Source of the DNA: Eledone cirrhosa
Taxonomy: Eukaryota
Direction of reading: 5' to 3'
Assembly: GCA_964016885.1 (NCBI GenBank)
Contig: OZ024750.1
Span: 23,684,001 to 23,748,000 of the forward strand
Length of the DNA: 64,000 bases
Shown piece after piece: positions 55,198 through 64,000 of the stretch; the stretch's first letter is position 1; the number at the start of each line of letters is the position of its first letter. The notes beneath the pieces were generated by a model, which saw only the letters and a list, made by a program, of their open reading frames with translations, was not told the origin of the DNA and searched no databases. The translations under genes and the position numbers were made by a program.

Positions 55198-55545
55198 CAT
55201 CATCATCATCATCATCATTTCATTTCACGTCCGCTTTTTCCCTGCTTGCAAGGGTGGGACGGGAACTGATGGTGGCTTGATTTCTACAGCTGGATGCCCT
55301 TCCTAACACCAACCTCATTTACAGTGAATGCTGGGTGCTCTTTTGCTGTGGCACCTCCACGACCACTTTGCAGTGGTATGATATGGACCCCAGTCCCTAT
55401 CATCTCATTTCTACAGCTGAGTAAACTGGAGCAATGTGAAATAAAGTGTCTTGCTCAAGGAAACAACACATCACCCAGTCTGAGAATTGAACTCACAACC
55501 TTTCGATTGCAAGGCCAATGCTCTAACCACTAAGCCATGTGCCTC
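55198..55545 (-). mobile_element. SINE family 2, close relative of 20773-21107, in BRI3 intron
   Basis: Colinear, high-identity match over the whole length. Confidence 0.85.
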
Positions 55546-55550
55546 CATAT

Positions 55551-55611
<61 letters not shown>

Positions 55612-55892
55612 AAAATCCTTCTAAACTTCAAAACATGTCATCTAAGTGTGTAAACAGCCTTCATTTGAAGCAGACTGGCTATAATAACTATAATGGCTAT
55701 TTAGAAATTGTCATACATTACATCTCTTGGTTTATATGAACTTTAATCTAGTCAAATTCATTTTGTATATTGTTACTATTATATGTGTGCACTAGACTTA
55801 TGATATGGATTCTATGTATAACTTCTACTCTTACGTCCGTCATTGCCTTTCTCAGTCAAGTGAAGGGCACGAGTGCTCATTATTGTAAACTA

Positions 55893-56300
55893 GTAGTGTT
55901 GGTCATGATAAAATCCACCCAGCCCACTCTGAAGTGATAGTGTGTTGGTGCCATGATAAAATCCACCCAGCCCACTCTGAAGTGATAGTGTGTTGGTGCC
56001 ATGATAAAATTCACCCAGCCCACTCTGTAAAGTGGTATTGCTGGTGACATAATAAAATGCACCCAGTCCACCTTGTAAGGTGGAAGTGTTGGTGCTATGA
56101 AAAAAAAGCACCCAGTCCATCCTGTAAGGCGGTAGTGCTGGTGTCATGGTAAAATAAACCCACTACATGCTGTAAAATGGTTGATATTAGAAATTGCATC
56201 CAGCTGTAGAAACCATGCTAAATGAAAAATGAGCAAAACATAGTTACCTGACCTATCTGATCTCAGAATGCAACAACCCATGCAACCCATACAAGCATGA
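55893..56300 (+). repeat. ~41-bp tandem expansion of an RTE 3'UTR subrepeat, followed by the tail
   Basis: catgataaaat.cacccagcccactctg.aagtg repeated about 7 times; similar arrays at 7560-7680, 19950-20130 and 58540-58850. Confidence 0.75.
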
Positions 56301-56604
56301 AAAATAAACATAAGATGATATTTTAATCATACATGTCCTGGGTTTTACTACACTTAAAATCAGGATGTGCTCATACAGTGTCTATAAGTGAATTTTAGAT
56401 TTATGTTATTCATTTCAAACCGAAATCTATAATTTTAGCTCTTGATACCAAACCACCTGAAACTGCCCCTGTTTATGTTCAAGTGTTTATATTTATCTAA
56501 AAAAACTTCCATCATAATTTTATGTAAGAACCATTGTTAAGTTATGCTCCAAACACCAGCTTAATAATGATATAATCCCTCCAAATTCTTGATTATTGGA
56601 AAAA

Positions 56605-57082
56605 AAATCATAGGCCATGTCATTTCTGAGAAATGCTTCCCAGGGCATGGATACATTGAAGCTCCAACTGATTTGGTAAACACCCACAAAATTATTAACC
56701 ATCTTGCCAACAACAACCCTGAGCACCTTTTTGAATTCTATGTGACTAACACACATGGGCATGCCTATAAAGTCAGAAAACAGCACAGCTCCCACAACTT
56801 TCAGAAACATATTTTCATGCTCAGAATTGCTGAAACATGGAACAAACTACCTGCATCAATTGTTAGTTGCCAAGACACTATCCTTTAAAACCTCCATGCT
56901 TCCTGAAATTTGCCAACACTACACCTGATATCCCTCCTCCATACACATGCACACATGTATATCATGACTCATACACTGTTCACTTTCCTGACATTTGTAC
57001 ATTATTCTATGTACTATACATGCACCTTTGATGAGTTGTAGTGCACCTGAGCACTGTACACAATAATTTCATTATTATTATA
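56605..57082 (+). pseudogene. CR1/L2-type LINE 3' fragment
   Basis: NTHGHAYKVRK..FMLRIAETWNKLPASIV matches the CR1-clade ORF2 C-terminus; ends in an (ATT)n tail. Confidence 0.75.
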
Positions 57083-57473
57083 TTTAAAAAGGTTAAACTT
57101 CATGATCCAATAGATATAATACTTCACCAAATAAAACTGTCTCTCCCAGTATCTATATCAAGCATCTCATCTAAACCATTCTAATGTCTGTTTCTACACT
57201 ATACATTACATTGTTTCTATACTAAGCATTATATACATTTCATAAGTGGTGTGACCCACTTAATTCAACATAATAGAAGACTTTATTTATAATGTATTTG
57301 GAAAGTCAGTTTTTAAAACATTTTACTTTTAACACAACCATTACAATATTCTTAATGAAAGACAATCCTTAATAGTTTTAAATAAATAACTCAGAGCACA
57401 GCAAGCTGGGACAAATACTGTGGAATTTAATTCAACATTAATGACTTCCTATTCACCACTTTTGTAAAACTAA

Positions 57474-57668
57474 CCATTTAGCATTTACATTACTCCATAT
57501 ATACTATTGTATTTTCGTGGTAAAGGGTTTATCTCACATAATATTGAATCCATGAGATTTTGATATTATCAGATTTTGATATCTGTATGAATGGCCGATT
57601 ATGGCTAGTTTGAACAGAAAGAGGCGAGAGAATTCTGGCTGGATACAGCTGGTTTAAATGCTAAAGGA
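57474..57668 (-). mobile_element. piggyBac-type MITE, family A
   Basis: Diverged TIRs; internal sequence matches. Confidence 0.8.
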
Positions 57669-58129
57669 TTGAGTAAATTCAAGGTAGAGAAAATATTATA
57701 TATAGACTGCATCATTATCTTCTAACAACTGTCTTTCCATGTGAACATAGATGGATCATCACAAACCGAATCGTTTCCTAATCAGAGTTTCTGTTCTTCC
57801 AAGCAGGCCAGGGGCTACGCCTGGCTAACATACTTTGTTTTTTACAGCTAGATGCCTTTCATATCACCAATCACTTTACAGAGAGAACTGAGTACATCTT
57901 TTGGGACCAACACTAAGGAAGTTGTCATATCCTTGAAACAATTGAAGACTCCTATTAAATGGTTTGACATGGTTTCTGAATAAGAAGTCTGTATCCCACT
58001 CAAGTACTCTATGTCAAATCTCTATATCACAATCCTTACTCCATAGAATTGCATCCACCTGGAACACCTTCCTTGTGCATGTTTTTCTCAATAGATAACC
58101 TTTGAAAGTTCAAGATAAACATCAACCAC

Positions 58130-58362
58130 AACTTAACCTGGCATTGAAGACCCCTGTACATCAGCTACACGAACATAACCCAGTATTGGAAGCCCCTGTA
58201 CATCAACATAACCCAGTATTGGAGTCCTATACAACCACCACATTGATATAACCTACTATTGGAGAGTCCTATACAACCACCACATTGATATAACCTACTA
58301 TTGGAGAGTCCTATACAACCACATTAACATAACTCTCATCAACATAACTTGGTATTGGAGAA
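58130..58362. repeat. ~40-bp diverged tandem repeat
   Basis: acataacc.agtattggag..cct.tacaacc units. Confidence 0.8.
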
Positions 58363-59499
58363 CCTTGTAAAGATTAAGGGTATTTAAACTTATTGATTGT
58401 CCAGTTCAACACAACCACCCGATTCTTGAGTGAAGTCCACTCAAGTACTCAGATTATGTTTCTTGTCTGAAGATAACTCAGTGGAATTGTGTTGTTTCCT
58501 TTTACTGCAGTAAATCAGGACAGTTTCTCCCTCAATGCACCCAGTACACTCTGTAAAATGGCTAATGAACAAGTGGAGACAACTTAGGGTTGAGACCCAC
58601 CTCCCAAGACAATCTCTAGTAATAGTTCCACGATAAAATACACCCAATATGCTCTGTAAAGTGGAAAGTGGTTGGGGATGAGGAGACATGGCACAAATTA
58701 TAGAGAGAACTTTTTAGTTTTCATGAGGATGACACCTACAGACCACTATAGTGTTATGTAGGTGTCATGACAAAAGCGAGTGCCCAGTCCACACTGTAAA
58801 GTTGTCGTGTAGGTGACACAGCAAAAAGCACACACTGCAAATGTGGTTGGTGCTAGGAAGAACATCCAGCCGTAGAAACCAAACCAAAATCAGTTCTGTG
58901 TGAGCGAATTCACGGTTCCCCGACCTGATCCCTCGCAAAAGGACAGCCTGTCCTACCCATGCTAGCGTGTTAGATGGATGTTAAACGATGATATGAGGAG
59001 GAGGAGGATATAGCAATCTCTCTGGTGATGGTGCCAAGATAAAATACACCTAATACATTCCGTAAAGTGATGATGTTGGGGTGCCACTCCAGGCATTCCG
59101 GCAGTCATCAATTTTGTCATAAGCAAAAGTTTCAGTCTGATGTCAAACCAGAATTTTATGTCTTCTTTGCTTTCCTTCAGCTGTGCCCCGGAGAGAAGAA
59201 TGGTTTTGGGGGAAGAGTTGTGGTAGGATACATGTCTGTACCAGGCAAGCTTTCATCAGTCGCCTTCAAATAAGAACTGACCTAGACCATGACAATCTGT
59301 CCAATCCATGCCAGCATGGAAAGCAGCAGACATGATGAAAGTTAATATCATCTGCATGAAGCTGAACAGCTCTAACAAGACTGAACAAGTTCAAGGAACA
59401 TAAGAAAATAAAGACCTAATAAATGACTATTGATCAACCAACAGGTCATAGCAATATGGATAGACATAAGCCAGGAAGCAACTAATATATATATATATA

Positions 59500-59690
59500 T
59501 AGGAAAAAGTTTAACCCCGACGGCAGGGCTCAAGCCGTTTCTGGACTCTGGAGTCCAGAAATAGCTGTCGAAATGGCTTGTACTCTGTCGTCGGGGTTAA
59601 ACTTTTTCTTATTACCCACTCTATCCTAAGTATTGAGTACTCTGGTGCGTTATGGTTCATCTGGTTCCTTACCACACCTCCTTTGATGTT

Positions 59691-59724
<34 letters not shown>

Positions 59725-59919
59725 AACGAGTAGGACCCCGACGGTTGAGCTCAAGCCGTTTCGACGTTTCAACGGCTAATTCAGTCCAGAATTAGCCGTC
59801 GAAATTGCTTGAGCTCAGCTGTCGGGGTCCTACTCGTTCCTATTACCCACTCTACTACCCTAAGTATTGAGTACTTTGGTGCGTTATGGTCCACCTGGTT
59901 CCTTACCACATTTCCTTCG

Positions 59920-59921
<2 letters not shown>
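59500..59921 (+). mobile_element. Two tandem related hairpin+tail elements in (TA)n, each with a hammerhead 3' half
   Basis: Hairpins at 59500-59611 and 59721-59842; shared tail taagtattgagtact..ggtgcgttatgg..ggttccttaccaca, also present alone at 3063-3123. Confidence 0.7.
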
Positions 59922-59953
<32 letters not shown>

Positions 59954-62439
59954 GCTTCCTGGCTTATGTCTATCCATATATATTTATTTATATACTGCTG
60001 ACGTTTGATAAAAAAAAAAAAAAAAACTGATATTAATAATTAATAAAGAAGAGAGGTTAAAGGTCACAGTTGATTAGCAGGTTAAAGATTTCTCAGCATG
60101 TTAATATGTGTACAGCTGATGTCAACATCTATTAATATCTACATCTTTGTTTCAGTTGTTTTTATTTCCAGAATGTGTACACTATAGCAGGTTGCAGATT
60201 TTATCTATACTTGATAATATATGGTTAGGGCGTTGGGCATATGACCCTAAGGTCTTGGGTTCAGTTTACAAACGAGGTGGCACATTTGAGCAGCAGTAGC
60301 TATGTTTAACTCCACATAAGTCATTCTATTAAGAAATAAAATTCTGCTGCATACTTTAACCCCTTTGTTACCATATTTCAAATTAAATACCCTGCTTATG
60401 TGTTTCAATTAATACTAGTGTCCCATTCAAGGGTGAGTCTTGTACTCTCAATTGCTTAACGCCAGTGAAATCAGAATAAGCTCTCACCCGATGAGCCTCT
60501 GGATTCGAGACAACTTTTTTAAACTCAAAAGAATAAACTCCCTACTTACTAATTTGTGGGTTTCCTTTTTTTTTTGTTTATTACTTAGAGAGAAAAGGGC
60601 AGCACTTGTAACCCTTTACAGGGCTTGAATCACTGGTAGATGAGAGATAGGAAAGAGGATATCCTAAAATTGTAGACCTGACCAGAATGCTGTCAACAGA
60701 GAGGGGTCTGCTAAAGGCATTCAAGGACCGTGTGACAGTATTAAACTGGGTAGCAGATCAAATAGGCCAAGTAGGCAACAGCAAGATTTGAACTCAGAAT
60801 GTAAAGAATTGGAATAAATGCTGCAAGGCATCTCATCTGATGCACTAACAATCCTGCCAACTCCTCCACCCCTGGTCTATTAGTTTATTGTATCTATAAA
60901 AAACGATGAAAGCAAAGCATTTTGCCCTATGCTAACAATTCTGCCAATCTCCCTTATAATTAAATAGGCATTTAAAAACAGTCGACAATGTCAATAACTA
61001 TAATAATAGATGAATAAATTGAAAGACAGATACATCTCTATCCACTTTTTCCGTCTCCAAGGATTTTTATCTGATTTATTCACTATTATTTATAGTTAGC
61101 AAGTATTATTTTAGTTATCTGCATTATGGCGACTATATAAATTTCAAACTTCTCAATACTTTGTAAGTCAACAGAAATAGTTTCTTTTGTTCAATTGTTT
61201 ACATTCAGTGTTATGTGTAAGCCTGTCCTACTCATAACAATGGAACATGTAAAGTTAAACCAGTTATGTCTAGATTAACGCACACAGCAAATTAAAGTTG
61301 CATGGGGCCTTCTGGCCGAAATTTTCAATAAGGCTCTTGTGTATTATTTATGGTAGCAAAAAAATTAAATTGGGGGCCCTTTAAATATTGTGGGGTCCGT
61401 GGCTGTAGGCAAGACATTCCTCACTACTCCACCATAAATCAGTAGTTCCAAAAGTGAGTTCCTAAAAAATAAAAAAAATCCCCAAAAAACCTTGAGGTTC
61501 TCAGAGATAATGTGTTGGTCCTGTTTTGGAAGTCAAACTTCAGCCCCTCTCTTACTATCAGACATTGCTTCTATCTACACCAAATATATTTTCATGGTCA
61601 TTCAAACTTGCTTCCTTGTTCCTCTTAAGTTTGCTAGTCAAGTAACTCGTCTTTCTACTTTCTAATCCTCTCACCACTAGTAAGAAGAGTTTCTACTCCA
61701 GTAGTTTCTTTCCTCAAGTGTCTGGCTTATGGAACTCTTCATTTTGTTTCCCTGATCACTATAATCTTCTTTGCTCTGAGAGGGTCATGGGCAGAATCCT
61801 CGAACACTCCATCCAACAGGTCCTGTCAGAAGCAACCGTCTCCGACTGGATCCCCATCTTGCTCGGGGTCTCCTACCTGTTGGTTTCGGCCATAAAATCT
61901 GTTGAGTGACTATAATCTTAATTCTTTTAAATATTCTGTTGGATCATTTTATGATTTCAAGGACAGAATCTGACAAGAATTTCCTTTTCTTTTGTAACTG
62001 CCAACAAATTAAGTGGCTGTTAAGAGTCAACAGAGCTGGTACCTGGGTATTTAGCACCGTTGGCTCACCCTACAATATGCACTGCCTTCTCTCAAATAAA
62101 ATAATTTCAATTTATAGTTTGGCAAGCTGACCACACTAAGAAAATTACTAAGCCTGCATTTTCTGCTGTTAGGAGACAGATCTTTACATGATACAGCCCT
62201 TTCCATCACTTTGGATATCCCCACAATGCTTAAACGTGGCAAAGATATTTAATGATTCATTTATTGAGATACTGTTTCATCATTATTTTCACATCCAATT
62301 TTGGGGTGTTTCAAGAATATTTTGCAGTTAAATACTTTTCTTGATGCCAACTCTTTTAGTCGCTTCTTACAAGGGGCAAAGTGCTGTATCTATTTTAAAA
62401 ACCAGAGTGTGGCTCTTCTGATTACTGAATGTTAGGGAA

Positions 62440-62930
62440 GTAGGTGTAAAAGTCAAACTCACTGTCTTCAATTCAGGTTTATTGCTAACCCTTACCTATG
62501 GTCATGAATCTTGGGTAACAACCAAAAGAATAGGATCAAGAAAACAAGCGGCCGAAATGCGGTTCTTCCTAAGGGACTTTGGAATAACATTATTTGATAA
62601 AGTGCGTAGCTTGGAGACCAGAGTCACTCCAGGTAGAGCCACTACTTCTCCGAATTGAGCGATCACAGCTCCGATACTATGAGCATGTGGTTAGAATGTC
62701 TCAGGAAAGAATCGCTGAACAAATTTTATGGGCGAAGTCAACAGGTAGGTGACCCAAGGGTAGACTCCGAACAAGATGGTTGGATAACATCCATGAACTT
62801 GGCTGGTGACGCTTGGGGATCCAGCCAGATCAGTTGGAGATGGTTCCTTCTGACAACCTGTTGGAGGGAGTGTTTGAGGACTCTAGCCCCACGACCCTCT
62901 CAGGAATAAGTGGGTGAAGAAGAAGAGTGT
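62440..62930 (+). pseudogene. Degenerate RTE LINE ORF 3' fragment (related copy at 44770-45000 -)
   Basis: YGHESWVTTKRIGSRKQAAEMRF and IERSQLRYYEHVVRM motifs, with frameshifts. Confidence 0.75.
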
Positions 62931-63039
62931 AGCTCTTCTAAATCAGATACACATTTTCAATAAACAATATTGGGAATTCCAATAAAAAATTAAAAAATAA
63001 ATAAATAAAAAAAATCAGAATTGTACAAAATGAATTTAC

Positions 63040-63145
63040 CTCCTGTGTTACTTTTAAAATGTTCTGACTCCTGATAACTTGGTGGTGGTCCTGTATAGCT
63101 TGGCATAAACCCACCAGGCTGGTTGGGGGCTGATGGGACAGACAT
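63040..63145 (-). CDS. BRI3: BRI3 homolog, coding exon 1 (MSVPSAPNQPGGFMPSYTGPPPSYQESEHFKSNTG)
   Basis: Acceptor ttttgttttag|caaaATG (exon starts 63149, so a non-coding exon lies further upstream). Pro-rich N-terminus with PPSY motif. Donor G|gtaaat is phase 1 and matches exon 2. Confidence 0.82.
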
Positions 63146-63309
63146 TTTGCTAAAACAAAAAACAATGATTTCTTTATTAGCCACACAGAGCTCACATTAA
63201 GGAAACATTAAAGACGATTACAAGACGATACAGTGTGGACTTTTCTTTGTGTAATATAAAATTCATAAAAGACTAAGAAAATAAACATTTAAAACAAACT
63301 TCCACAAAG

Positions 63310-63760
63310 TTGAGGAGACTAAGGGTCACTCGTGTAGAAATCGTACAAAAGCCACGGTTACCCTGTACGCTAGGGCAAAGTGCCCTCTCCCAGTCTTTCT
63401 ACTCCAATCTACAGGCAGGCCCATTCACACAGACCATGCTCGCCACTCTCACCCACCTTTCAACAAAGTGGTTGGAAGGCAGCACTCCCTTCTCCACCCT
63501 GATTTTCCTCTTCAAGTGGAATCTCAAAAAGTTAATCAGGGCTTCGCCAAAGAGAAAGATGGCCGTCTTCAACCCTTTCAAAGGCGTCCACCACACGACC
63601 TCTTTCGCTATGGCCACAGGCAGATAAAAATTGCCTGTCCTTGCCTTCTAAAGGAGAACAGCGGGGCGATCTTCACAATGGACTCAGTTGATAGTCGGAT
63701 CCGTCCTACAGCAGGTGCTCGACATAAACCCAGTGTCAGTATATACATAAAACGATCGGT
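63310..63760 (-). pseudogene. Tx1/L1-type LINE ORF2 C-terminal fragment
   Basis: AKEVVWWT..LINFLRFHLKRKIRVE..FVERW resembles Tx1-clade C-termini; upstream stops. Confidence 0.55.
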
Positions 63761-64000
63761 GGTGGTGGTGGATTGACTTTACAGTTCGAAATAAAAAGCA
63801 AAATTATCTCGTTTGATGCACTGCGCATGTACAAATAAATGTTAGGGTTGGCCAGGTCCCCCCATAAGTTTGTATGTTTATAACCATTATTGAACCATTG
63901 AACACGTTAAAGCCTGACCCACCGGAATTTTATCCTATAATAAATACACGCACACAATATATATTTTGTGCAGCATTTTTAGCATTTTGTTATTTACGTG

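Overview
AT-rich, microsatellite-saturated eukaryotic DNA. The SINE, MITE and LINE repertoire looks like an octopus or other coleoid cephalopod; this is an inference from repeat style only. One protein-coding gene is well supported: a BRI3 (brain protein I3) homolog on the minus strand with three coding exons (63145-63040, 52683-52553, 51102-50971; 122 aa; canonical GT-AG sites, phases 1 and 0). A weak candidate for the end of a second gene lies at 4.6-4.95 kb. The rest is tRNA-derived SINEs, RTE/CR1/Tx1 LINE 3' fragments, TTAA-flanked piggyBac-type MITEs (about 11 copies, often nested in a second family), one Tigger-like and one hAT-like MITE, and simple repeats that explain almost all listed ORFs. 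The most interesting signal is a set of small non-coding elements embedded in (TA)n tracts. They carry complete, half or variant type I hammerhead ribozymes with short palindromic stem III, as in Penelope-like elements, and are built as 5' fold-back hairpin + tail. The best case is a perfect 341-bp palindrome (13867-14207) with an intact hammerhead on each strand. Many (TA)n tracts also have their flanking DNA duplicated in inverted orientation. All alignments were done by eye.
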